This document shows, one piece after another, positions 47,004 through 60,746 of a stretch of DNA of 64,000 nucleotides. Where the stretch lies: contig NW_003314308.1 of assembly GCF_000143415.4 (NCBI RefSeq), positions 496,001 to 560,000 on the forward strand. Direction: 5' to 3'. The stretch is from Selaginella moellendorffii. Its lineage: Eukaryota > Plantae > Lycopodiophyta. Position numbers and translations under genes: made by a program. Position 1 is the first letter of the stretch. Each line of letters starts with the position of its first letter. The notes under the pieces are model-generated. The model was not told where the DNA came from, did not search any database, and worked only from the letters and a program-made list of their open reading frames with translations.

Positions 47004-48314
47004 ATGGTGGACGATCAGCAAGNNNNNNNNNNNNNNNNNNNNNNNNNNNNNNNNNNNNNNNNNNNNNNNNNNNNNNNNNNNNNNNNNNNNNNNNNNNNNN
47101 NNNNNNNNNNNNNNNNNNNNNNCCCGGTAACGTGCGTCATCTGCGACGTGCTCGTGGAGTGGGGCGAGCGCGTCGCGCGGCACCTGGGCGTTCCATGGAT
47201 CGCGTTCTGGACGTCCACCGTTTTGGAGATGGCGATGGCTTCCCACGTTCCACGGCTCATCGCGGAGAATGCAATAAAAGGTGAGTGAACGAACCAAAAG
47301 GAGAGGAAGCTCACTGTGTTTTGCATAGATCCCGAGAGCATCATCAAGATTCCAGGCCTGCCGGATTTCCAAGTCCGCGACTACGTCACTCTGTCCAACG
47401 TGATCAATCCGAACTTCCCCATGAAGTTCATGATCGAGTCTCTCGTTGATACCGTGCGGCGTACCGCCGGGGCCGACATGATCCTCGCTAATTCCTCCGG
47501 CCTGCTAGAGGACGACGCTATCAAAACGCTGGAGAGCTCCGGGATCAAAGTCACTCCAGTCGGTCCCTTACACCTGATCGATCAAGACAACGATCCCAAA
47601 GATCCAGACAAGGTAATCTCGTGGCTGGACGAGCAAGATCCAGCCTCGGTTCTCTACATTTGTTTTGGAACGGTGGCTCCAATGCCGGTGGGTCAGATGG
47701 AAGAGCTCGCAATGGCTCTTGATTCCACCGGAGTATCCTTTCTTTGGGTGGTGAGACACGACCACTTGAAGGACATACCGCCGGGATTCACCGCCAAGCA
47801 CGGCATTTCCAACGGTACCAACGGTACAAATGGCGGTACCAACGGTACAAATGGCGGTACCAACGGGTGTACCGCGCGGCACCGCGGGCTGCTAACCGAC
47901 TGGGTGACCCAGCCGCGCGTCCTTGGGCACCGTGCCGTGGGCGGCTTCCTCACGCACTGCGGCTGGAACTCTGTGATGGAGAGCATCACTGCGGGCGTCC
48001 CGATGATCACGCGGCCGCTCATGGGCGATCAAACGCTGACAGCCGCGATGCTCAGGCAGGCATCCATGCCCGCGATCGCGCTCCCGACATCAAAGGGCGG
48101 TGCCGTGACCAAGACGGAGATTGTGGCAGCGATCGAGGAGCTCATGGTGAGAGAGAGAGGCGCGGAGCTCCGGCGCCGTGCGGGTGATGCTGCGGCGCTC
48201 GTTCGCAGTGGGATGGAGAACGGCGGGTGCTCGCGGCGGTGCCTGGATTCTCTCGTCACTGAGCTCAACATTCTCGCCAAGAACCCTAAAATTCAGCATA
48301 TTCGGTTTGCCTAG
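47004..48314 (+). CDS. UDP-glycosyltransferase (family 1), spans the assembly gap, one intron
   Basis: Paralogue of 44524; PSPG WVTQPRVLGHRAVGGFLTHCGWNSVMESITAGVPMITRPLMGDQ. Confidence 0.9.
47023..47122. other. Assembly gap (100 N)
   Basis: Run of N; the paralogue suggests about 0.3 kb of exon 1 is missing. Confidence 0.99.
47810..47866 (+). repeat. Coding minisatellite encoding NGT/NGG repeats
   Basis: caacggtac / aaatggcggtac units. Confidence 0.85.
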
Positions 48315-48446
48315 ATTCGCCCTCTATTTCAGTCAATAAAATTTGTGAAATTTGTGACGAAACTCTAGGCAAAGAATGTCATAAGATGACGTCCTCTATT
48401 TCACAGCGCCTGGCTTAGAAAATTTTCAGTATAATGATATTTTGAA

Positions 48447-48716
48447 GTGTGAAATGTACAAATTCTGATCCACCATCTGATACGCAATAAAATCATTGAT
48501 ATGCTTACCTAGAGGAGTCGCTTTTCAAAATCCATCAATGCTTTCCATCTCGTTCTTGCCAATCTTCTAAACAACTTGAACCCTGTCACATTTACCACCA
48601 CTCGAAGTTCTACAGAGGATTGGCAAGAATTAGAACTGATGGATTTTGAAATCAAGTAAACATATCAATGGAAGACGGATTTTATTGCGTATTAGAGATT
48701 TGAGTACATTTCACGC
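48447..48716. repeat. Long imperfect inverted repeat (hairpin; candidate small-RNA precursor)
   Basis: Five complementary blocks around a loop at about 48578-48604. Confidence 0.8.
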
Positions 48717-48832
48717 CACACAATATAGTGAGTTGGCAGTAGGTCACGAACGTATCCATTCTTCCATTTTCATAATATCGGTGCCCAGAAATGGCGCGCA
48801 GGCTTAACAAAGCAAGAGCAACCTTTAATAAG

Positions 48833-50405
48833 TCAATATGTTTCATTACTTGCGGAGAAGTGGAACCAATGCAAGTGGACGAGCACGCATGAGCGTGAAC
48901 CCGACTCTCCCACGTCCACCTCTTTACCATCCGGTGTTGTCCAGTTGAACCTGTAGAGAAGATTGGCAAGAACGAGATGAACAGCAGCCAACCCCAAGTT
49001 CATCCCCGGGCAGGATCGCCGGCCAAAGCCAAACGTCATAAGTTCTACGGCCGCATTGAATTCGCTGCTCATGCTCTCTGGGATGAACTCCAGAGGGTTC
49101 TCCCAGATGTTTGGATCCCGGGCGATGGCGTAGAGGTTGATCAACACTTGGGTCTTGGCTGGGATCGTGTAGCCAGCTTCTTCAAGCTTTCATACACGTT
49201 GATAACAAATTCAGAGATCTAGCGAGGATCAAACCTTTTAGACTACTTACCTTACAGTCGGTAGTGGATTCGCGTGGAACCATGAGTGGCGCCGGAGGGT
49301 GCTTGCGCAGGGTCTCCTTGACAATCGCGCCGAGGTACTTGAGCTTGGGAATGTCGGCCTCGCTCACCATGGCGCTACTAGCAGGGATCACGTCGTCCAA
49401 TTCCTTCTGAGCTTTTGCCAAGATTTGTGGATGAAGAAGTAGCTCTGCGAGAGCCCATTCTATCGCTGTGGCAGTCGTGTCCAGCCCTGCACTCACAGCA
49501 TCCTAGCAAGGACGGCCAACGAGTTAGTCAACACTCAAGTCAACCCCCAGTCTTACCAGCATGAGGCACCGGATGGTAAGATCTGACATGTTGTCGAGCG
49601 AGAGCAAGACGTCCAGGAAGCTCTCGCCGCCATGTCCTTGCTTGGCTATAGAGGATCGGTGCTCTTCAATGTGTGCTTGAAGCAAGGCATGGAATTTGGT
49701 TGCTAAGGTTCTCAGCTTGGGCAGCGAGAGATCCATCCATTTAAGCCATGGGATGTAATCGCCGATGTGTAGCCTCCCTCCCAGCTCGTTCGCCTGGTGG
49801 GCCAAGCGGAGGAAATCGTTGGCACCGAAGGTCCGGCTCGTCCCAAACACGAGCGTTTGCATGATCTCCAAGGTGAGGACGCTGAGCTCCTGGGTCATGT
49901 TCACCGTTCTTCTCAGATTCTGGGAGAGCATCGCCAGGAACTTCTCCATCTCCGCTTGCCTCACTGCCGCAAAGCTCCCCACGCGGCGCGCGGTGAAGAG
50001 CTCGAGCGTGCAGATCTTGCGGAGCTCCCTCCATCTCGCGCCATAGCGCGCGAAGATGAGATCGTCTGGGAGGATCGCCTCGGCAAACGTGAGCGATGGC
50101 CGCGAGGAGAAGATCCTGTCGTGTGTCTTGAGGATCTCTTGGGCGATCTTGGCTGAGGAGATGACGAGCGTGGGGGTGTAGCCCAGGCGGAGGTAGAAGA
50201 TCGGGCCGAGCTTCTTGGCGAGATCGAAGAGGATGAGATGCGGCCCGCGGGAATTGCTGGCCAGGAGTGGAATGTGGCCGAGGATTGGAAAGGCCCGGGG
50301 GCTTGGAGGCATGACATGGGAGCTGCGTGATTTAGATCGATCATAGTAGAAGATCACCAAGATGAAAGAAGCCAAGAAGGTGAAAAAAGCTGTGATGTGC
50401 TCCAT
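48833..50405 (-). CDS. Cytochrome P450 (CYP71 clan), copy 1, with a late frameshift (possible pseudogene)
   Basis: PPSP hinge, [20 protein letters not shown]; PER becomes PES; a 4-nt deletion near 48907 alters the C-terminus. Confidence 0.85.
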
Positions 50406-50574
50406 GGAAGTTTGGAAATGTAGTGTGTCCTTATAAACACTTCAAATGGTGAATGACGCATGGAAACTTCGGAAGCCTTTGGCTGAGAAACAACCTTTCT
50501 AGAAAATAAAGATGTTATTTTTGTCTTATTTCAATATGAGCAATAACCTTTCTAAAAACCAAGATTACAACACA

Positions 50575-53230
50575 TTATTCTATTCCAATTGGGGATATTT
50601 GTTAAATTAAGGTTTCTATTTATCATTGGTCACCAAAGCAAATTAAAATTTTATATACAAACATCAAAGAGATGTTAAACAAGGGTGTTATTTGAAAGTT
50701 ATGAAGTTTTTAGGCATGTGAACCTTATTTTATAACAAAACTTGATAGGAATATTTATTCATTAAACAAAGTGATTATTTAGATATGCACCTTTTTCCTC
50801 ACATTTTTTATCTCTTAGATCATCTAGGAAGAAGTTGTTAACTCACCAAACTAGATCTTGCTTCTAAGTATTGGCAAGTGCTGATGACCAAAAAGGATAT
50901 TCCTAAAACTATTTTTCATACACTATTTAGTTTATATAAATTATTGATGATGCCATTCGGTTTAACTAACACTTTAGTAACTTTTTAATAGATGATGGAT
51001 GCGGTTCTTTACAATATGCTAAAAGTGACTACTGACTTCATTGATATATGACAATTCATTTGAAGAGGACATAGGAGGAGTATGTTTATGATGTTAGGAA
51101 AGTGTTGAATCGGTTATAAGAAGTTGGTTTAAAATTAAAGTGGTCGAAATGCATGTTTAAAGACATAGTTTATCTTGAGTATTATATTTCTTGTGAGGGT
51201 TTACAAGTTGATCTTAACAAACTTGTGGCCATTCAAAATGTTCCTACTTCGAAATGTGTGAATAACATGTAGTGTTTCTTGAGCAAGGTGCAATATCTTA
51301 GTTGTTTTGTTAATCATCTTTTTAATCACATTGCACTATTGCAAGCATTACTAAAGTCATTAACATCATCTTTTATCTAGTTTGAGGACTATGAACAAGC
51401 ATTTTAAGAGCTATTAACAACTCCTCTAATTCTGGCATATCCTAACTACATTTGACTTTTCATTTTGCATGTGAATGTTTTGGATATCGGTTTTGAGGGT
51501 GTCTTAATGCAAAAAAATACAAGTGTAATTGGTAAGTATCATCTTATTATGTACATTAATTGTACATTACAACTAGTAAAGGTGAACTACTTCACAACGA
51601 AAAAAGAATGTTTAATAATAGTTTAGAGTTTTGAAAGCTTTTATACATATTTGCACAGTTCTTGAACATTATTAGAAGGTGATCATGCTATAGTTACTTT
51701 GTTATTGAAGTAGAAGAACTTGGTTGGTCATACTAGTCGGTAGGTTTTGGAGCTTTAAATATACAATTTAAAGGTTGTTCATTGCCTAAAGAGTTCTATA
51801 GTTAATATTGATGCCCTTTCTCAAATTCCTGGTGAGCTTATTATTCTAGCACCTATGGATTTTCTAGATAAGGATTTTGTGTTATCAATAGTTGATGTAC
51901 TTGATATTTAGTGTCCACAAGGTGCAAAATAAAATTTATCTTCACTTGACAATGTTTGTGAGGTTCAAAAGGTTGAGTTATGGATCCAAAAGCTTTGTGA
52001 GGGGTTTAAGAATCCTACATCATTTATTAATGACTTGCCGTTTTAACATTTACATTCTCAATATCACCTTAATGACAACTTTATTTATTGTTGGGATTCA
52101 TCTTGATGATCATTTACAACTAGTTGTACTTATGATATTTATTTTATGCCTTTTCCATATTATAATGACTCTTTTATTCTATGTGGGTATATGGGATATC
52201 AGTGTATGATTGAAAAGGTACAAAAGTCTTTCTATTAATCGGAGATGCAATATGATGTTATTTGATATATGTGCAATTGTGTTTGGTGCCAAGTCCATAA
52301 TACTTTCCTTCGTGTTACGGAAGGATGGTTGGAGTCAATTACAATTTTATTTCCATAGCATTTGATCTAATGGGGTCTTTTCCACAATTAATTACTGATA
52401 ATGAATATGTCATTATTGCCTTTGACTACTTGATTCACTTGGTATTCTGTTTAAAGCAAATTCTCTCAAGTAATGGTTTTGCATTTATGACTAAAGCATT
52501 TCATGTTTTAATATCTTAATTAGGGATACACTACACTTTTACAAGTGTGTATTATCCACAGATAAATGGTTTAGTGGAATGGCTCATTTGGACTTTCAAA
52601 GGAATGATTGTGAAGTATATAAGCTTTCAACATTCGAATTAAGATGGTTATTTATTATCTATTCGGTATATATATGTCACAAGGGTGCAAAGTTCTATTA
52701 GTGCTTCACCATATAGAAGTTTATATGATGTAATAAAAGATACTATGATCTAATATTACTAACAAAGTTGAGTTTACCTTCGCAATTGTTATGAGCTGCC
52801 GATGCTAATACTAATATTTGATGAATATTTTTACACTTTTTTAAGCAGAGTCTACTAAACATTTGAGCTACGTACAAGTGGGACAACAATAGCACTACAA
52901 CTCCCATCATCATCCACCTCCAGAGTACAAAGTGAATGATTTAGTATTAGTCCATTTTCCTAGTCTTATCATAAATGGTATATTTAAATGGCTCCTTGCT
53001 CAGTAAAAGGGACTATATTAGGTGTTGTGGCAAGTTGAACCATAAGTTTATGAAGTTCAACATGATGTTCAACCTTTCACATATAATAGCCAACACCTTA
53101 TCTAAATCAAAGAATATAAATACCACAAATGTATGCTATGCTCCCCAAAGAAAATTACAAAATGATTAGGATACTATGAGACTAAGGTAACTATATTCCT
53201 CACCTATGTGGGGGAAGTTTGGGGTGTTAG
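50575..53230 (+). mobile_element. Decayed Ty3/gypsy pol remnant (RT-RNaseH-integrase)
   Basis: LDLASKYWQV, MPFGLTN, RNaseH NYFTTKKECL, integrase YYPQINGLVE, in RT-RH-INT order; many stops and AT-shifted. Confidence 0.8.
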
Positions 53231-54725
53231 TATCTCCACTACAAACTAGAAGAAGTTTAAGAAAATCAATCACCAATTCTTGAATATGGAATTTGGTTAT
53301 TAAAAAATAAACTGGTGTTATGGTTGTAGAGATATAAATTACTTTAAGTAACTCATATTTTTACCAAGTGATTCCTCTTTATTGATGTTTGAAATCATAG
53401 ACAAACTCTTTAAATATGCTATCTCCAACTCTACTGATACAAACAGCATAGGATGGTGCACAAATTTAGATGTTGGACATAACAAGACTAAATATAGATT
53501 TGGACGATTTGCTTTATATTGCATATATAGGTTTTCCAAAGGTAGCTCAATTAAACTTAAATTTTAAGAATACCTTGATATTTTCAATTCACAATACCTT
53601 ATCAGTATAATACATTATTAGAGTGCCAAAAAACAATACCATGGGTAGATAGTATTTTGCAATATTGTGGCAAGTTATTGAGCAAGTTAACATTCCCTTC
53701 ACACAAACATTCTTGCCATTCAAAGAGAGATTCTACTTCTTTTGTAGGCATAGTTTGAGATGGTATACCATTTCATTCTCATATGTAAGACATTCAACCA
53801 TCTACGAACTAGTAACAATTCTCTAGATTTGACATTATACTTTCACAAATTTCTCTTATAATTGCATCACATTCATTTGGTTGAATTCTTTTTGGCTGCT
53901 ATAGATTTACAAGAGTGATATTGATATAATTTATAATTTATAATTTTTTTAAAGCTTAAAATTTTTAATTTTAAAGTTTCTATATAAATTATAGTGATAT
54001 ATAATACTAAAAACTTTATATGATGATAGGACTCAATGTTCCACTTAAAGATGTGTATTATGTAGCTATTATGGTAACAATATCTCAATCATATTTATAC
54101 AATATTATTTTTATGTATTAAAAAAATACTTCATAAAAAATATTAATATAAAAATAAAGTGTTAGAAATTTGTAATATTGAAAAAAATTAAAATAAAGTA
54201 AATATCTGAGCTAACTTAAAATCAATATGATTAATTTCATTGATGACTTTATTATAAAATGGAATAACTAAAGCCATTCAACTCCTTTATATTAGGTTTT
54301 AGAGGATCCTCTATATATTATGTCACTACTTCACTTTTATCTTACTTGAAAGTATTTTTTATACTCCTGCCATTTGTATAAATATGTGTAAATTTAATAA
54401 TTACTATCCAAATAATTAAGTATTATTTCCTACACATACTTTAAATTATCATATTAATTTCAATATTTTGGAACTTTCACTTCAATAATTTTAACTCTAA
54501 ATTCATCTCATATAAAATTTATCTTTTCAGTAACTATAACTAATATAATTGTTTTAGCTCCAAGTTTCATTTATTCAGATATTTATCCATAATATTTAAT
54601 TGTCCAAGTTTACTATAATTAATCATATACAGGATCAAATTTAAATATGTAATCTCTATTTTTTTACTGGTTAACAAACCCAATCATGGATTTCCGACCA
54701 ACACATAACACGTGGAAGTGTTGAA

Positions 54726-54787
54726 ATGGAGTCTGAGATGGACCTAAGATAGAGTTTAAGATGGAGTCTAAGATGGAGTCTGAGATA
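54726..54787 (+). repeat. 11-bp tandem repeat (gatggagtctr)
   Basis: About 5 imperfect units. Confidence 0.7.
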
Positions 54788-56949
54788 ACCATAATTATAC
54801 CTATTCCTTTACTACTAATCCTCATTTAAATTTGCCAACACTTAAACAACTCATTTAACCATAAGATCCTATAGCTAGCATTTTCATCTCAGTAGAAGAT
54901 TCAAAACTTCATTTGGCATTCCAAGTTTTAAATGTTATATTATGTTATAAGTTATATTTATTATGTTCTAATGTGTATAGGGTCAATTGTAAAAGGGATT
55001 TTTATATAAATATTATATTATGTTATATTAACTATGTATATTATAATTATAATTATGTTAAAAATTATTAAAAAATTTGAAATTACTAAAACTCCTGGCA
55101 TATCTATGACTTTTGCTAGTCCTTCTAAGCAAAGAAACATATTTAATCTACATACTTTCCAAGCTTAATGGTTGAGATAGGTGTATGTAAGGTGGTTGCT
55201 TTTTTTAGGGAAAGTTTTTCTTATCTCAGAGGAATTGGATTTGATTACTTTGTACTTATCGATTGTCCATAGTGAGAAGTAAACAATTCCATTCAACTCT
55301 TAAGTGTTTGTGATATAGGAATCATAGATGTGGTGACCCTTGTGCTAAGACACAACTAACTCTTCATTTATATCCTTTGGGGATGATTAGAAAGAAAAAA
55401 CTTGAAATAAGAGATGATGCTTCTGCTTCTAGTTTTCTAGGCATTTCCACTCTGTATAATCCTCATGTATGGTATAAGATGGTGATAATATGAATGTGGA
55501 TAATAGACTTATCATGCGAGCACCTCTTGTGTGTGGCAGACTTTCTCAAGCGAACTAGACTACTATGAGATACAAATAGGTTCATCAAGAGAATGTCATT
55601 CACTTCTTGGTTATACTTAGTGTCTGTAAAGTTCATGAGGACTTGGAGAGATGATCAAAAGGTGACAATAGATATCCTTAAGTGTGTGAAGCATGAGCAT
55701 ATGAGTTCCATGCTTTGTAGGAGCTTCATTATGCTAATACCACCTAATTTGAGTTTGACTTAGTGTTTTGCGCTAAATCAATTCAAACTATCTCTTTAGT
55801 TTCCCACATCTATTTCACACTGTTAACACAACTATTAACTGTTGTTAATTAATAAGAGTTTTGATAGGGTTAAACTAAAACATAAGATGGAATTGAGAGA
55901 TAAGAGACATGATGTTTGCCTATTTAGGTATTAAGCTTTTAAGCATAAAAGTGGCGAGAGGATGATGGATTGACAATGTATACAACCATGCAACACAAAC
56001 CCTCAAGTAAGCAACAATCAAAAGTCAAAGTAGCATAGTGTTAGATAAAATGCAAAACATCATAGATGAGTGGACAAAAACTTGTCAAGTGAAATGCAAT
56101 AAGGATGATGCTACTATCAATATTAAAATTGGTGATGGACCTCGAAAAATCAAGTACTTCAAAGGCATTTCTTTTATGTCATGAACTTTTTTGTTCCCTT
56201 AGAAACTGAAGAAAAAAAAAAGTGATGTTTGTTTCTTTGAAGATAAAAATGATAGTTCCAATGATGAATTTGTACGTAGAAGTGATTGACTAATGTTTTC
56301 TATGTTTGTGATGTGAATTGATGAAGATGTTGAGCATTGTAAAAATAATTATATGCAAGTAATTTCAGTCGATTTAAATCAGTTATGGCCATAGAAGACG
56401 TGTAGATATACACATGATAATGAGAACTAATGTTTCCTTGCTATACTCTTAACTATTATGGCCTTGGAAAAAACACATCTACATCCAGAGGTAGTCGACT
56501 ACGAATTGATATGGCTGATTTCACAAATAATGAAACTATCACTATGTGGATGTATCCCGCTGTACCAGCAATTTGCAAAAGAAAAGTGGTTGAAGATAAT
56601 TGGATTTGAAGTTGTCCTAGCAGTACTAAAGTATGATAGATGAACATGGAGATATGTGCTAAAAGTTTGTCACTCAACTGTCATTGAAGAAGTTAGTCTA
56701 GAACCTCTTATGTATCTTCTGTCACAAATTTTATCAAATTACACAAAGGACGTAATATGGTTGGGTCAATTGAAGCCGTTATGATTGATTTACTTGTCCT
56801 ACAACAGTGTTGAGATAATTGTTGTGGATAATTGTGGTTTAGATGGTATTGAAATAATTTGTCTCATTCACTATGTATTTTGACCTTATTACCACTGCAG
56901 ATTAGCATGTGAATGTCACAGGCATGACTATAAATTGAACCCAGAACAA

Positions 56950-57700
56950 TTTGATATTTAACAAAAGTGTACCAACAATGACATCACCTTTTCCATCTTG
57001 ATGCCCTTGAGATTGATAAGTTGCACTGCTCGATTGTCATGCATGTTTAGAGCATAACCCCATACCATGGTCATCCAGGAAACCAAGCTGCACATCTTCA
57101 TGCTCTCAAATTTTTTGTGGTTGTCCAAGTTGACATAAACTTGTGTGAACACTGTCCAGCAGACAATGGTCTTGCATGGGATCTAGTGAAAGAACCTCAT
57201 GGCCTCATCAAAATGCCCAATTTGCACTGCATTAGTGAAGGGAAGATGACGGAATGCCCAATTCTTCGAGGAATCCATTCTGAACGTAGCACAGTAGTAG
57301 ATTTGTCCATGACACGAGATCCTTGGCATTCGATCAAAGGTCGATTTCACTGCCTCGACTTGCCAAGTGTTGTGATAATTAGAGTTCCATGTCACGGCCT
57401 CAGAGACACCAGGCAGCAAGATAGCCTGGCAGTTGCGGATCCAGAATACCGCCACATATCCAATGAGCATCGAGATCTGCGAGACAAGATCGTGAAACAA
57501 CACCCAATTAAACGTGTTCTTGGCATACATGAGCGAGATCCAAGAGACCACATCATGATCCGGCATGGAATCAAAGATCTTCTTCAGATTGGAGCTCTAT
57601 ATGTCAGATTGCACAAATTCCACTGCACAGCGGCTCTTGGCAAATGTGATCACCAATGCATTGATCAAAGAAGAGTCACAAGGCGTAGGTATGGACCATC
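56950..57700 (-). pseudogene. Degenerate PPR fragments
   Basis: MPDHDVVSW, VKSTFDRMP, GHFDEAMRFF, broken across frames. Confidence 0.6.
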
Positions 57701-59182
57701 ATGTTCCAGGTCGCAGCATTGCGCTGGGAGATGCAATCGAAGAGCTTAGTAGCACTGGAGGTGTGCCCGACAGCGAGCGGCTGGTTCATATTTTCAAAGA
57801 AGCAACAGTCAAATGATTGTAGTAAGAGCTGAGGTACAGCACTGTATATTCGTGTTTTATTTTTAAAGAGAAGTTAATAGCAGAAACTTCCAACTTTCGA
57901 GAAAGCATGGTAGAGAATGTCACTTTTTGAGATATACTTCTGGAGAATCCCTGTTTTTCAAGGCAAGAATCCACCATTCTCTCTTCATTTTAAGTCTAGC
58001 ATGACTGAGTAATGACTGCTAAAATTTATGTGGAAAACTTTAGAACACAGAAGTTACAAGTTGGTCTTTCATTGAGAATGAGCATGTGCTCTAGTTTTTT
58101 GATAGGATGCTGTTGGTTGGACAACAAGGACTTATGATATTGTTCTATTGGTTCTTTGGATGAGCAATGCATCAAGGTTCAAGTGTGAAAGTTTTCAATC
58201 AGGTCTGAGCCAGTAGGTAGAGTCTCTTGAGGAAATTGTTAAGGAATGTTACAATCAGAAGTCAAAATTTCCTATAGATTTGGAAATGGAACCTCTGACC
58301 TCTTTGTCATCAGAGCTCCAGTTTTTCAAGCCTTCTGCCAATCCTCTTGATTGATGTCTCATCAATCCAACACGCAGCTTTGGCAGCCACAATTATGTCC
58401 AGAGAATTGTTGCTCCTGCCTGTGTCATGAGTCCCTTCAATTCCATGTCTCTGCAATTGAGGCACTTGCAAGCTTGCTCAGTCCTTGATTAAAAATCCAT
58501 CAATATGACCAAAGCAATACTTGTCTTTCTATTCTGAGCAGAAATGCAAAAGTTAATCCTAAGGACTTAACTATTGCCAAAGCATTATTGAGTTGATGAT
58601 GTTATATGGGATCACTACTAAGGAAATTTAGAATTGGACAAAGCAGTAAAGTGTAAAAATGTGAGCCATTTCCTTGTAATGGTTTACCTCTTGACAAACT
58701 AATTTGTCTTTAGACTCTTAAAGAGAAATTCACATAAGAGCTATAAGAAGTTAGTGTAAGCAAAGCAGGACGGGAAATAGTAATGGTAATAAAAGAAGGA
58801 ACTTGGTGCATTGTTCTTTTTTTAAATAAATTTGCAACCATGAACAGTTTGAAATCCAAAAAACATCTTTGAAGACTTAATTTTGTGTAGGCCAGCATAG
58901 CTGGATTCATTGCTAGTATATTCTAAATATATCCATTCATTTACAGGTTGTTTGACATGTTGGAGCCCAAAAATGGGCCTAGTATCCAAACAAAGCTTGT
59001 AACAGATTAGAGAGAGGAAGAAATCAAGATCTTTGCCCTGGTAGATCTTTTGAGATAATTGCCTGAGAACTGAACGGAAGCCCATTGGACCAGGATCATG
59101 GCAGATTGGGAGCTTCCAATCTAACCTTCGCACAAAGCAAAATTAATAAACACACTCTGTTTATTCTAGTCAATATGTTTGA

Positions 59183-60746
59183 CTACTTGCGGAGAACTGG
59201 AACCAATGCAAGTGGACGAGCCCGCATGAGCGTGAACCCGACCCCCTCGCCCACGTCCACCTCTTTACCATCCGGTGTTGTCCAGTTGAACCTGTAGAGA
59301 AGATTGGCAAGAACGAGATGAACAGCAGTCAACCCCAAGTTCATCCCCGGGCAGGATCGCCGGCCAAAGCCAAACGTCATGAGTTCCACGGCCGCATTGA
59401 ATTCGCTGCTCATCCTCTCCGGGATGAACTCCAGAGGGTTCTCCCAGATTTTTGGATCCCGGGCGATGGCGTAGAGGTTGATCAACACTTGGGTCTTGGC
59501 TGGGATCATTGAGCCAGCTTCTTCAAGCTTTCATACACGTTGATAACAAATTCAGAGATCTAGCGAGGATCAAACCTTTTAGACTACTTACCTTACACTC
59601 GGCAGTGGATTCGCGTGGAACCATGAGTGGCGCCGGAGGGTGCTTGCGCAGGGTCTCCTTGACAATCGCGCCGAGGTACTTGAGCTTGGGAATGTCGGCC
59701 TCGCTCACCATGGTGCTACTAGCAGGGATCACGTCGTCCAATTCCTTCTGGGCTTTTGCAAAGATTTGTGGATGAAGAAGTAGCTCCGTGAGAGCCCATC
59801 CTATCGCTGTGGCAGTCGTGTCCAGCCCTGCACTCACAGCATCCTAGCAAGAGCGGCCAGCGAGTTAGTCAACACTCAAGTCAACCCCCAGTCTTACCAG
59901 CATGAGGCACCGGATGGTAAGATCTGACATGTTGTCGAGCGAGAGCAAGACGTCCAGGAAGCTCTCGCCGCCATGTCCTTGCTTGGCTATAGAGGATCGG
60001 TGCTCTTCAATGTGTGCTTGAAGCAAGGCATGGAATTTGGTTGCTAAGGTTCTCAGCTTGGGCAGCGAGAGATCCATCCATTTAAGCCATGGGACGTAAT
60101 CGCCGATGTGTAGCCTCCCTCCCAGCTCGTTCGCCTGGTGGACCAAGCGGACGAAATCGTTGGCACCGAAGGTCCGGCTCGTCCCAAACACGAGCGTTTG
60201 CATGATCTCCAAGGTGAGGACGGTGACCTCCTGGGTTATGTTCACCGTTCTTCCCAGATTCTGGGAGAGCATCGCCAGGAACTTCTCCATCTCCACTTGC
60301 CTCACTGCCGCAAAGCTCCCCACGCGGCGCGCGGTGAAGAGCTCGAGCGTGCAGATCTTGCGGAGCTCCCTCCATCTCGCGCCATAGCGCGCGAAGATGA
60401 GATCGTCTGGGAGGATCGCCTCGGCAAACGTGAGCGATGGCCGCGAGGAGAAGGTCCTGTCGTGGGACTTGAGGATCTCTTGGGCGATCTTGGCTGAGGA
60501 GATGACGAGCGTGGGGGTGTAGCCCAGGCGGAGGTAGAAGATCGGGCCGAGCTTCTTGGCGAGATCGAAGAGGATGAGATGCGGCCCGCGGGAATTGCTG
60601 GCCAGGAGTGGAATGTGGCCGAGGATTGGAAAGGCCCGGGGGCTTGGAGGCATGACATGGGAGCTGCGTGATTTAGATCGATCATAGTAGAAGATCACCA
60701 AGAAGAAAGAAGCCAAGAAGGCGAAAAAAGCTGTGATGTGCTCCAT
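59183..60746 (-). CDS. Cytochrome P450 (CYP71 clan), copy 2, apparently intact, 3 exons
   Basis: N-terminal [29 protein letters not shown], normal PLALVPVLRK end. Confidence 0.92.

Noticed and set aside
53339-53600. Possible Pif1/Helitron helicase remnant (VLLCPTSK)
   Set aside because: Too degenerate; no intact Walker A motif or Helitron termini seen
54726-54787. CRISPR-like array
   Set aside because: Simple 11-bp tandem repeat without spacers, in a eukaryotic context
55100-56950. AT-rich stretch, probably old TE debris
   Set aside because: No assignable domain or termini by eye
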